A stretch of 64,000 bases of DNA. It comes from Gracilimonas sp. GTDB lineage: Bacteria > Bacteroidota > Rhodothermia > Balneolales > Balneolaceae. Shown here in pieces: positions 8,765-17,989 of the stretch; the stretch's first letter is position 1, and every line of letters starts with the position of its first letter. The notes below the pieces were generated by a model. The model was not told the origin of the DNA, did no database searches, and saw only the letters and a program-made list of their open reading frames with translations. The position numbers were made by a program, and so were the translations under genes. Location: the NCBI RefSeq assembly GCF_040218225.1, contig NZ_JAVJQO010000003.1:163326-227325 (forward strand). The letters are read 5' to 3'.

Positions 8765-9932
8765 TCTGTGCCTTTTCGAATTCTTTATCGATGCGGTCTA
8801 TATGAATGGCCATGATTTTCTTTTTGATGCGCCGGGTTACTTCCTCCATTTGTGCATAAGATTCGTCATCCATCTTATGTTTTACCCTGTCCAGCTCTGC
8901 ATCCGTAATATCACTTAACCGATGATCAATTTCTTTTATACGAGGCAAAAGATACCTTGAACGTTTAACGCTCTTCAAAAAATCCGCTTTTTCTTCCGCA
9001 ATGATTTTCTTGATTTTAGGAATGGCGTTCTCTCTCTTTTCCAGTGCTTTTTTGTTGGCTTCGTGAATAGAATCCATATCAACCAATGTCACATGTTCAA
9101 CTTCTGCTACCTTTGGATCTACGTTCCGTGGAACACTTAAATCAAGCACCAGTTGCTGTTTTTGTACGGCTTTAAAATGTTCCGGGTGCAGAATGGGTTT
9201 AGTGGCCCCTGTTGCAGCAATAATTAAATCTGCTTTTTTAATTTCTTCTTCAAGCTCAGAAAAAGCATGGGCTTTGATATCAAATGAAGAAGCCAGTTCC
9301 TTGGCCCGGTCAATAGTCCGGTTCACAACAGAGATATGTTTAGCACCATTGGAAACCAGGTTTTTACAGGAAACTTTGCCCATTTTTCCTGCACCAACCA
9401 ACAAGATATTGATTGTACTCAGATCCTTAAAATGATCAAGGGCATGCTGGGTAGCAGCAAATCCGACGGAAGCCGTACCTTTACCGAAGTCGGTTTCAGT
9501 ACGGCTTCTTTTGTGTGCTCGGAAAACCGATTGTACTAACTGATGAAACTCACCAGACAGGTTATCTTTTGACTGTTTATAAGCCTGCTTTACCTGCTGA
9601 ATGATTTGTACATCTCCCAAAACTTGCGAATCCAGTCCGGTACCTACCTGATAAAAATGATTGTAGGCCTCTTCTTCTTCATGGATATAACCGTGCTTTT
9701 TAAAAAAATCACGATCCGTATTGGTTGACTTGCAAAGAGCTGAAATCAATACTTCAGCATCACAAAAGGCATATAGCTCTGTCCTATTACAAGTATCCAG
9801 CATCAGTACCCCACCTGGAATATCTTTGGTGTAAAAATCCAAAAGCTCCCTGCGATGACTGTCTAAATAAAACAATTCACGAATAGAGACCTCACTTTTC
9901 CAGTGAGAAATTCCTATTGCACTAAACCTCAT
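8754..9932 (-). CDS. hemA: glutamyl-tRNA reductase
   Basis: 392 aa. It contains TCNRTELY, the Rossmann motif LLVGAGKMG, and QILGQVK-like QVLGDVQIIQQVK. It is the first gene of the hem cluster. Confidence 0.9.
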   Translation of the reverse strand: MRFSAIGISHWKSEVSIRELFYLDSHRRELLDFYTKDIPGGVLMLDTCNRTELYAFCDAEVLISALCKSTNTDRDFFKKHGYIHEEEEAYNHFYQVGTGLDSQVLGDVQIIQQVKQAYKQSKDNLSGEFHQLVQSVFRAHKRSRTETDFGKGTASVGFAATQHALDHFKDLSTINILLVGAGKMGKVSCKNLVSNGAKHISVVNRTIDRAKELASSFDIKAHAFSELEEEIKKADLIIAATGATKPILHPEHFKAVQKQQLVLDLSVPRNVDPKVAEVEHVTLVDMDSIHEANKKALEKRENAIPKIKKIIAEEKADFLKSVKRSRYLLPRIKEIDHRLSDITDAELDRVKHKMDDESYAQMEEVTRRIKKKIMAIHIDRIDKEFEKAQNEA

Positions 9933-9992
9933 AAATAGCTTCTAAAAAATTTCCGGCACATTGAATTACAATTTACTTTCTGAATATGAAGA

Positions 9993-10018
9993 TTATGTGA
10001 AGAAAGTTCTTCACATAA
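9993..10018. promoter_or_regulatory. 26-bp palindrome (12-bp perfect arms) about 60 nt upstream of the hemA start
   Basis: TTATGTGAAGAA-ag-TTCTTCACATAA, read directly from the sequence. It is flanked by an imperfect outer inverted repeat (9981-9992 / 10060-10072). Confidence 0.35.
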
Positions 10019-10214
10019 GACTGAAATCGTTCCTGAATGGATATAAAGACTGATTATTGTCTTCATATTTCATAAAGAACCTTAAGATACGTCACTTAAT
10101 GTTTAGAATTAATTCAAATTCTTTATTGCTTCCATCAATGCGATTTTCCATTCCCTCCTCGATGTTAAATAGCTCAATGACTATATTCTCACAAAATAAA
10201 AATAAGCACATTTT

Positions 10215-10571
10215 ATGGATCTTCAGTTAACAGGAAAAGTCACTCAAATTTTAGAAGAACAATCAGGTCAGGGAAAAAACGGTCCGTGGAGAAAACGGGA
10301 TTTCATTCTTGAAACCAAAGGGCAGTATCCAAAGCAGGTATGCATCACGCAATGGGGCGATAACATAGATCAACAAGCTGTTAATGAAGGAGATGAAGTG
10401 ACCGTTTCAATCGATATTCAAAGCCGCGAGTACAAAGGGAATTGGTACACTGACGTTAAAGCATGGAAAGTTGAAAAAGCACAGGGAGATGTTCAGGCTC
10501 CTCCAAGCGCTCCGGGATTGACCAGAGAGGGCAATCAGGAAATGGATCTTGATGACGACCTGCCTTTCTAA
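10215..10571 (+). CDS. DUF3127-like small OB-fold protein
   Basis: 118 aa. The pattern GKVTQILEEQSGQGKNGPWRKRDFILET...QVCITQWGD matches what I remember for DUF3127 proteins, which are common in Bacteroidota. Confidence 0.6.
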   Translation: MDLQLTGKVTQILEEQSGQGKNGPWRKRDFILETKGQYPKQVCITQWGDNIDQQAVNEGDEVTVSIDIQSREYKGNWYTDVKAWKVEKAQGDVQAPPSAPGLTREGNQEMDLDDDLPF

Positions 10572-10591
10572 AAAATTATATTCATTAAAAA

Positions 10592-10615
10592 ACCACTACT
10601 CTCACAAGTAGTGGT
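10592..10615 (+). terminator. stem-loop downstream of the DUF3127 gene
   Basis: ACCACTAC-tctcacaa-GTAGTGGT, an 8-bp perfect stem 20 nt after the stop. There is no good U-tract on the plus strand. Confidence 0.4.
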
Positions 10616-10890
10616 CTTGGATCAACCTATGAAAAAGCTACTTTTCAGGATTGGTACCTAATAACTCAATCGCTTATTAATTAACAATATTCAGCTGACT
10701 AATACACCGCATGTTTGTGTAGTATTTAAGCCCCAAAAAACTTTCTTTGCCGTCATAACTTCTTTTTTGGGCTAGCGTAAAACCTCCCATCAACCAACCT
10801 TCGCAAGTTAATACCAAACACTGTACTTCGCTTACCAAAGTACATTCGATTGGGCTACCCAGGAAGAAATCACATCACTTTTAAACAACT

Positions 10891-11775
10891 ATGAAATCCA
10901 GATTTAAAATACCCGGACTATATATAATATCCATCCTTTTGCTCTCTTCTTGCAGTGCATTGAATAAACTTTCGACCGGACAAACAGATCGCCTTAAGAA
11001 AGGAGAGTTTTATAAAACCTATGAACCCAAAAAAATGCCGGTGGCTTCTTCCAGCATCGGCTTGCTCCCGATAACCATTCAACCCAACATGGACGAACCG
11101 GATTTTGAATACGATCGTGAAGACCCGATTTTGCTCCAGCTAACAGATAGCATCACCAGCAAGGTTCACCAGCTTTCTGTAAACCTGACAGACGTGCCCA
11201 GTTACACACTCACTGATTCTAAAAATGGCCCGGGAGTTTATGTGGGCAGCAGTGAAGGGGACAATGTGCCATCTGCCGCTTTCATGCAACGTGAAGAACT
11301 CGATAAATATCCGCCCATGATCATTTATATGAATAAAGCCAAGGATGACTGGAAAGCACAAGCATCTACTACAGCAGCAGAATATAAAACGGACTATCTG
11401 CTTCGTATTTGGGTGAGTTTTGCCCAATACCCTAAATCAGACAAGGGTCTTGTTAAGAAAAAAGTGATGTTGGGAACAAACCATGAAAAAGAAATCCGTT
11501 TTTTCAGTGCCGAAGACAAGCCCGTGGAAGTACTGCAAATCAGTGGGTACCTGGCCGACAATAAAGGAAATATTATTCGTGCAGGAGCAGAAGGCGTCAT
11601 TCATAATGACACTCCATTCTGGCTGCAGGTGTTGGATATCGAGGAGCTGCTTGATAACAAAACCATTTCCCGGTTACTGGAAAAAGAACGGCGCGAAGAC
11701 TTACCCGGCGATCCACTCACGCTTGATGTTGCCATTGAAAACCTGATTGCCCAGCTGCTGGATCGAAGTCTTTAG
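10891..11775 (+). CDS. hypothetical lipoprotein
   Basis: 294 aa with a signal peptide and lipobox (ILLLSSCS). I recognise no family. Confidence 0.55.
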   Translation: MKSRFKIPGLYIISILLLSSCSALNKLSTGQTDRLKKGEFYKTYEPKKMPVASSSIGLLPITIQPNMDEPDFEYDREDPILLQLTDSITSKVHQLSVNLTDVPSYTLTDSKNGPGVYVGSSEGDNVPSAAFMQREELDKYPPMIIYMNKAKDDWKAQASTTAAEYKTDYLLRIWVSFAQYPKSDKGLVKKKVMLGTNHEKEIRFFSAEDKPVEVLQISGYLADNKGNIIRAGAEGVIHNDTPFWLQVLDIEELLDNKTISRLLEKERREDLPGDPLTLDVAIENLIAQLLDRSL

Positions 11776-11793
11776 ATATGCTTTTTAAACAAT

Positions 11794-11832
11794 ATTCCGG
11801 CCGTCAATTATACTGTTATTGACGGCCGGAAT
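11794..11832. terminator. bidirectional stem-loop between convergent genes
   Basis: 15-bp perfect inverted repeat ATTCCGGCCGTCAAT-N9-ATTGACGGCCGGAAT. It lies between the stops at 11775 (+) and 11876 (-). Confidence 0.7.
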
Positions 11833-11875
11833 TCTTTAGCTGCATCGTTTATAATCAGACATTGGATGATTTATC

Positions 11876-12877
11876 CTAACTGCGTCTCCAGTCGAGGTCG
11901 TCCTTAGGCTTGTTGTCCAGTATTTCTTCAATACGGCCCATCACTTCATCATCCACCTTATCTAAGATGTCCATAGTTTTCATGTTCTGCTCAATCTGTT
12001 TCACATTAGATGCCCCGGTTATAACCGTGCTGACGTTTTCATTATTCAGACACCATGCGAGCGCAAGCTGAGGCATGGGCACTCCTATTTCATCTGAAAC
12101 GGTAGCCAGTTTTTCTACTTTGCGTAATTTGGCTTTACCCTCTTCCGACTCAAGCAGTTTTTTACGAAGCCAGCTGTATTTCTCCAAGTCCAGACGTGAT
12201 CCTTCAGGAATTCCGTCATTATATTTCCCAGTTAGCAAACCACTGGCCAGCGGACTCCAGATCGTTGTTCCCAAGCCAATATCCTCATACAGTGCAGCAA
12301 ACTCCTTCTCCACTTTATCCCGCTTGAACATATTGTATTCAGGCTGCTCCATCAGAGGTGGACGAAGATGTTCTTGCCGGGCAAAATCATAGGCTTTCCT
12401 GATTTGATCAGCACTCCACTCACTGGTTCCCCAATATAGTGCCTTGCCTTCATTAATCATTTGATTCATAGCCCAAACCGTTTCCTCGACTGGTGTATAT
12501 AAATCAGGGCGATGGCAGAAAAGCAGGTCTACATAATCTGTTTGAAGTCTTTCCAGAGCTGCTTCGGTACCTTCTTTAATATGTTTGAAAGAAAGCCCCT
12601 GATCATTCGGGCCTTCACCACCCCAGAAAATTTTGGTCGAGAGAATCAAATCAGAACGCTTCCATCCGGCTTTTTTAATCACTTGACCCATGATTGTTTC
12701 TGATTTACCCATTTCGTAGCCTTCGGCATTGTCAAAGAAATTCACCCCGGCATCGTAAGCCGCTTTCATTTGATTGTAAGCCAGGTCCGTATCTACCTGT
12801 TCACCGAACGTGACCCACGACCCAAATGAAAGGGCTGACACTTTAAGTCCTGATCTTCCTAAAAACCTGTACTGCAT
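11876..12877 (-). CDS. aldo/keto reductase, Kv-beta-subunit-like subgroup
   Basis: 333 aa. It contains MQYRFLGRSGLKVSALSFGSWVTFG, FDNAEGY, DLLFCHRPD and YWGTSEW. Confidence 0.85.
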   Translation of the reverse strand: MQYRFLGRSGLKVSALSFGSWVTFGEQVDTDLAYNQMKAAYDAGVNFFDNAEGYEMGKSETIMGQVIKKAGWKRSDLILSTKIFWGGEGPNDQGLSFKHIKEGTEAALERLQTDYVDLLFCHRPDLYTPVEETVWAMNQMINEGKALYWGTSEWSADQIRKAYDFARQEHLRPPLMEQPEYNMFKRDKVEKEFAALYEDIGLGTTIWSPLASGLLTGKYNDGIPEGSRLDLEKYSWLRKKLLESEEGKAKLRKVEKLATVSDEIGVPMPQLALAWCLNNENVSTVITGASNVKQIEQNMKTMDILDKVDDEVMGRIEEILDNKPKDDLDWRRS

Positions 12878-13322
12878 AATTATTTATCTCCGATTTATTT
12901 CTTTTTTACTGTGATCCAATTTCACAACAGCTCAGAACAATGATGCGTTCTTTATTTTTTAGAATGATCATCGAACAAAAGAGGAGTTCTACATTGAAAG
13001 AAACGGCATAAACTTTGAAATAACGAGCTTTATTAATCTCACTCAAGCTTCTGTTAGTTTTTTATTAAAGATTTCCTATAATCTGACATAGATTTAAAAA
13101 TATAAAATAGAATTGGTCAGAATAAAGTCTCTGCCGTACATTGATTGAAGTTACTTGAAATAAAAACTTCTTTTGTATGAGTAGTTACTACCTTTCACTT
13201 CAAATTTGAGAGCCGGCATTAAATCTTTCATATCTAAATCAAAGTTGACACTTTCACAATAAATCCTACCCACACTATTTAAAGAATATTAAAGTAGTGT
13301 AGGTAAGATCAAATATAAAAGG

Positions 13323-13964
13323 TCATATTTTTTTTAAAAGTAAGTTTACAATCTTTGCATTGTTAATTTTTTTTGCAAAGGATAGAGCTGACTCTCCATT
13401 TCTATTTACCTCGTCATGTGCTCCTGCATTAATCAAAGCACTTGTGGTAGAAAAATGACCATTAGCAGATGCATTCATTAGAGGTGTAATGCCATGTTTA
13501 GATGTGGCATTTACATCTGCTCCATAATTAAGTAATGCCAATACCGCATAATTATTACCCCTATAGGCAGCACTGTGCAATGCAGTTTCACCATTTGTAT
13601 TAGAAATATTTGGATCAGCTCCATTTTCAAGTAAGGCGTTGATAGAGTTTTGAAAATTCATTGTAGATGCGATGATTAGGGATGTATTTTCATTATTATT
13701 TTTTTCATCTATGCTAACACCTTCCTTGATTAAATATTCTACCATTTGATAATTGTCAGAACTAATGGCATAAAACAATGCATTATTGCCATTTTCATCT
13801 TTCACATTCAAATCAATTCCGTTTTCAGCTAGTTTTTTTACCTTTTCAATGTCTCCTAAAATAGCTGACTGAAATAGTTTGCCATTGTTGCTACCTGCCA
13901 ATAATGTAGTGGTACCGACAGTGATATATACGAGCGTAGTTATGAATATTTTTAGCTGTTTCAT
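13323..13964 (-). CDS. secreted ankyrin-repeat protein
   Basis: 213 aa with an N-terminal signal peptide and about 5 ANK repeats (G-DLNVKDENGNNALFYA, G-SIDEKNNNENTSLIIA, GADPNISNTNGETALHSAA, GADVNATSKHGITPLMNAS). The coding sequence is very AT-rich. Confidence 0.85.
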   Translation of the reverse strand: MKQLKIFITTLVYITVGTTTLLAGSNNGKLFQSAILGDIEKVKKLAENGIDLNVKDENGNNALFYAISSDNYQMVEYLIKEGVSIDEKNNNENTSLIIASTMNFQNSINALLENGADPNISNTNGETALHSAAYRGNNYAVLALLNYGADVNATSKHGITPLMNASANGHFSTTSALINAGAHDEVNRNGESALSFAKKINNAKIVNLLLKKI

Positions 13965-14312
13965 TTTTCCAAAATTAAGTTCACGTTTGTCTCATCATGA
14001 GAGTTATTTTTTAAACGGAACATTCATTTTTGGGATATAGCACTTCATCACTTTCTTATAGCAAGTAATCACATAAATATTCGCTCTGTAGTTATGCTTT
14101 TTGCTAAAAATCAAATTTCAAGAGCTCCCGACATGAATTGAAAAGTCAGAACAGTTGTATAATATTTAAAAGGAAAAGCTAATGGTTACTTAATTTAGAT
14201 ATGAAATAGCTTTATGATTAGTCAAGGTTGGGTTTTCTAAATAAATGATTATGTAACTACATTAGTTACTCTTATTAGATTTCTACTTTTAAAACACGTA
14301 AAAATACATTTA

Positions 14313-15728
14313 TCAATTTTCTATAACATTACCCTCAAGATCATATCTGATCTCTTGACGCCGCCAATCAGTATCATAAAAATATCTCATTTCGTGAAAT
14401 CCTCGACCTATTGTGGGTTTACCTTCCGTAGTAAAATATTTAAACCCTATCGGTCTTTCCCACTCATCATAAAATCTTCGCTGTACATATAGAATTTCAT
14501 TAGCTACATTTATTCTTTTAATTATCGACAATTGACCTCTTTCATTATAAAAGTGCTCATACCTGTCCAATAGATTATAATTCTTATCCCAGAAACTAAT
14601 TTGTTTTAGCTTCCCATCTTCATAATAAGTTTGTCTTCTTTTTGGGGGTTGATTGTTTATAAAACTGCCATCTCCAGTCAGAAGTGTGATTTCAAAAGGG
14701 TAGCCCTCCTCTGTTAGCACGAAGTCAATGATTGCAGGTCTTCCCTCCTTAACTAATTTATTAGTATTTAGTTCATAATACCGACTTTGTATTAAGTCAC
14801 CCCAATCATTATAAATTCTTCTATTTACGTACGAATTATCACTATCATTTATCAAATTCCCATCCACATCAAAGCTCTTATATAATACCGGATACCCTTT
14901 CGAATTGTACGAATGTTCGCCACGGTGCACCATTGGGTGATTCCCGATAACAGCTTTATAATTTTTGTTAAATACTTCCCACCCTGTAAAGTCCCCTTTA
15001 TCATTATAACTTAGCTGATCGTATGCTACACCCGTCGAGTTTTCTGTAAGTTTTCCATCCAGGCCATAATTGAATAATCTTTTGATAAGCCCTTTTTCAT
15101 CATATTCCATTCTAACCTCATAGAACTCAAATTCTGGACGAATTCTTACTTGATTACTGTCTAAATCAAATCTTTGCTCTTTTACAAATCCTCTTTCATC
15201 TATACTCCATTCATATCTATGTATACCCCAATCATTTTCTATGGGGGTATTATTTATCGAAAAGAACTTAAGGCTTGAACGTTTACTATCATTGAAGTAG
15301 TAGACTTCTTTAAATACCTGACCACTCACTGCTGTTGGTTTATCCCATTGATCAAAGAAAGTTCTTATCTCCTTACTTTTTTCGTATTTGATTACTGTCT
15401 TCGGGGCCCTAATGAAATAATTGAATAAAACACGATTTGGTAAGTTAACGGGAAATAGTTCATCCCCTCTTTTGTATTCGACCATTGTAGGTCGTCCTTT
15501 CTTATTATATGTAATTTTAAAATGCAGGCAGTGCTCTGCCTCTTGCTGCGAAATTTTGTATGCACCCTTCAATTCTGCATAAGGAGACTCTCGAAACACA
15601 ATCTTCCTGTAAAACTTCGTGCTGTCGTTATCTGCAGCACTTAACTCTGTTCGGGGAAGTAAAAAACCAATTACTACTATTAGTATTAAATAAAAAGCAC
15701 TTTTAATTATGTCAGCTGTACTAATCAC
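14313..15728 (-). CDS. exported repeat protein with YD/RHS-like (or MORN/YwqK-like) beta-hairpin repeats
   Basis: 471 aa. The GTG start overlaps the upstream stop by 4 nt (GTGA). There is an N-terminal hydrophobic anchor. Y(N/D)xxG motifs recur: YNKKGRP, YDEKGLI, YNDKGDF, YNSKGYP, YNDWGDL, YEDGKLK, YNERGQL, YDLEGNV. Confidence 0.55.
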   Translation of the reverse strand: MISTADIIKSAFYLILIVVIGFLLPRTELSAADNDSTKFYRKIVFRESPYAELKGAYKISQQEAEHCLHFKITYNKKGRPTMVEYKRGDELFPVNLPNRVLFNYFIRAPKTVIKYEKSKEIRTFFDQWDKPTAVSGQVFKEVYYFNDSKRSSLKFFSINNTPIENDWGIHRYEWSIDERGFVKEQRFDLDSNQVRIRPEFEFYEVRMEYDEKGLIKRLFNYGLDGKLTENSTGVAYDQLSYNDKGDFTGWEVFNKNYKAVIGNHPMVHRGEHSYNSKGYPVLYKSFDVDGNLINDSDNSYVNRRIYNDWGDLIQSRYYELNTNKLVKEGRPAIIDFVLTEEGYPFEITLLTGDGSFINNQPPKRRQTYYEDGKLKQISFWDKNYNLLDRYEHFYNERGQLSIIKRINVANEILYVQRRFYDEWERPIGFKYFTTEGKPTIGRGFHEMRYFYDTDWRRQEIRYDLEGNVIEN

Positions 15729-17020
15729 TCTAAACCTTTTACTTGTTTGGTTATTAAATCAACAATATTCACATTTGGAACTCCATTTCGATCTGAAATA
15801 AAAGCAATTTTGCTACTGTCAAAAGACCAACTTGGTGATACATCTTCAGAAATATGTTTTGATAGATTTGTTGCTTCTGAACCATCTTGCTTCATGTAAT
15901 ATATTTCGGCGTTACTTTTAATTCTCGATACCCATGCTATCATTTTAGCATTAGGAGACCATCGTGGATTATTATCTCGGTTCAAATTATTGGTAAGTCT
16001 ATGCAATTTGTCATCTTTCAAATTCAGCTTGTACACCTCTGGATTACCATCCCGTCTAGAAACCCAAATCAATTCTTCACTATTTTGAGGTGAAAATTGT
16101 CCGTTAAAGTCTGGAAATATTGAATTCGAAATATTGAGAACCTCTTCCGTTTCTATTTCAAATAAATAGATGTTGTAAGTTTTATCAACAAAATCTGTGA
16201 AGACAATTTTACGGTCATCATGAGAAAACCGGGGCGAATAGCTTTGTTTTGAATTGATAATTTTTCTTTTATTTAAACCATCCAAATCAATTAAATGAAT
16301 TCCCTTCTGGCTAAGAAAAAGAATTTTTTCTCCGCTGTTTGACCACTGCAAACTACTATAATTCAATTCTTCAGACGTCAATTTTATAAGCCCACTACCA
16401 TCTGAATTCATAATATATATTTGTGGTGTTCCAGTCCGATCAGAAATGAATGCAATTCTTTTTCCATCCTGAGACCATATAGCACCTTCATCATTAGCAG
16501 AATGATTTGAAAGGTTTTTAATCTGTCCATTCTTATAGAGCATTATATCTCTGTTACCAAATTGATCTGATGCAAATAATAGCTCCAGTTTAACAGGTGA
16601 CCACTTAGGTTCACTATGCCAAGGACGATCGTCTATTTCATTAAGAATCCGTTTTCCCTGAAAAAACTCTTTATGACCCTGAATGTTTAAATTACCAGTA
16701 AGAGTCTCATAATGTCTTTTAAACTCTGCATATACCCTATAATTACCAGACAAATAACCGACCCATGAAAGTGTATTTTCAGAGATATTTATACTATCAA
16801 GTTTTGTTCTACCAATATCACCACTATTGAAGTAACCTTTTATCTCACCACTTGCATGAAATAGAAATAACTTAATTTTTTTGCCTCTTTCTGATTCTAG
16901 CTCCCAAACACCTTCATACTCTGCCTGCCCATATAAAGATGTGCTGCATATTAGGATTGCAAAAAAAATACCCCATTTACTTCTTACTTGAATATTATTT
17001 ATCAAATAAAACCTTATCAT
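15725..17020 (-). CDS. TolB-like PD40 (WD40-like) beta-propeller protein, exported
   Basis: 431 aa. PD40 repeats are visible: WSQDGKRIAFISDRTGTPQIYIMNSDGS, PRFSHDDRKIVF, PRWSPNAKMIAWVS...IYYMKQDGS, PSWSFDSSKIAFISDRNG. The start overlaps the upstream stop (ATGA). Confidence 0.8.
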   Translation of the reverse strand: MIRFYLINNIQVRSKWGIFFAILICSTSLYGQAEYEGVWELESERGKKIKLFLFHASGEIKGYFNSGDIGRTKLDSINISENTLSWVGYLSGNYRVYAEFKRHYETLTGNLNIQGHKEFFQGKRILNEIDDRPWHSEPKWSPVKLELLFASDQFGNRDIMLYKNGQIKNLSNHSANDEGAIWSQDGKRIAFISDRTGTPQIYIMNSDGSGLIKLTSEELNYSSLQWSNSGEKILFLSQKGIHLIDLDGLNKRKIINSKQSYSPRFSHDDRKIVFTDFVDKTYNIYLFEIETEEVLNISNSIFPDFNGQFSPQNSEELIWVSRRDGNPEVYKLNLKDDKLHRLTNNLNRDNNPRWSPNAKMIAWVSRIKSNAEIYYMKQDGSEATNLSKHISEDVSPSWSFDSSKIAFISDRNGVPNVNIVDLITKQVKGLE

Positions 17021-17457
17021 TTAAATGCTGCCATATCATAATGATCTGTCCAGCGTGCAATTTTCCCCTCATGCATAATTATTGTTGTTGAAAACTTAAC
17101 ACTTCTTGATTTTCCATTGTGTTCTCCAAGCCATGTACCATGAATATCGGCTATATTACTGTTTATTAGATAAATATCATTGACTACCAATTCCCTTTTT
17201 TCTGCAATACCGGCTTCTTTCCTTCCCTTAAAAAAGGTTATTGCTTTTTCTTTATCCCATATAAAAGGCGCTGTTTTATCTTCATAGACAAGATTCTCAT
17301 GGAATAATTCTTGCATTCGATCCGTGTCTAAGTCACTAATCATAGTAATAAACGATTCCGCTATTTTAACTGTCAGTTGTTGTGATTCTTGTGCATAGAT
17401 AATTCCATTGAGGATTAACAAAAAGATGAGCAAGCTAAATTTTTTTTTGCAGTTCAT
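17017..17457 (-). CDS. NTF2/SnoaL-like fold protein with signal peptide
   Basis: 146 aa with a signal peptide (LLIFLLILNGIIYAQ). The length and pattern (IAESFI...D-DRMQELFHENLVYED ... KIARWTDHYD) fit SnoaL_2-type proteins. Confidence 0.55.
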   Translation of the reverse strand: MNCKKKFSLLIFLLILNGIIYAQESQQLTVKIAESFITMISDLDTDRMQELFHENLVYEDKTAPFIWDKEKAITFFKGRKEAGIAEKRELVVNDIYLINSNIADIHGTWLGEHNGKSRSVKFSTTIIMHEGKIARWTDHYDMAAFK

Positions 17458-17479
17458 AAGAATATGCTTTGTAACTTGG

Positions 17480-17989
17480 TTAAAATTGATACTCAGGAGG
17501 CGCTATATTATTCAAGCGTAAATAAATTATCATCTGTCCCTTGTGATGGGCGTTATGATCCAAGACAGAAATCAAGTTTGTTAGTAGTCTATCGTTGTAT
17601 TTAGTTTCATTCAGAAAATTTTCCATTTCATCGAAACCATTTTTTGTCCATTCAATCAATTCAGCTTTTGACATCGAATTCTCATCGCCTGGATTCCATT
17701 TATTATCTTTTCCGGAAAACTGATTTCGCATAAATTCCAATGTATAAGCAATGTGATAAGCTTGAGCAGAAAATGACCTAACACTATCAACTGGTGCATA
17801 TGCATATTTATCTTCGGGCATTGCCTCTAATATGCTTAGAGTATTTGATTTCGATTTTTTGAAGTTTTCCTGTATTACATCAAAATTTAAATCTTGGTGA
17901 TATAAACCTGCGGAATAATAAATCAGCATCGGTACTATCAAAACCAATGAGTTTATATACTTGGTTCTAGGATTTTTAAACATATTCAT
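17480..17989 (-). CDS. DinB-superfamily four-helix-bundle protein with N-terminal hydrophobic segment
   Basis: 169 aa. The putative metal-binding His pattern is present (AYHIAYTLEF ... LDHNAHHKGQ), and the length is typical of DinB/DinB_2. Confidence 0.7.
   Translation of the reverse strand: MNMFKNPRTKYINSLVLIVPMLIYYSAGLYHQDLNFDVIQENFKKSKSNTLSILEAMPEDKYAYAPVDSVRSFSAQAYHIAYTLEFMRNQFSGKDNKWNPGDENSMSKAELIEWTKNGFDEMENFLNETKYNDRLLTNLISVLDHNAHHKGQMIIYLRLNNIAPPEYQF

Noticed and set aside
1954-9539. Many 60-150-aa plus-strand ORFs opposite the SRPBCC, hypothetical and hem genes (e.g. 2938-3312, 3544-3993, 4175-4423, 5554-5811, 7498-7785, 8162-8485, 9193-9435)
   Set aside because: They are antisense shadow ORFs inside strongly supported genes. 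Their translations are S/P/R/F-rich with no recognisable motifs.
9996-10015. TGTGA...TCACA inside the hemA palindrome as a CRP/FNR-type site
   Set aside because: The spacing is 10 nt rather than the 6 nt of the CRP consensus (TGTGA-N6-TCACA). I therefore keep it only as an unassigned palindrome.
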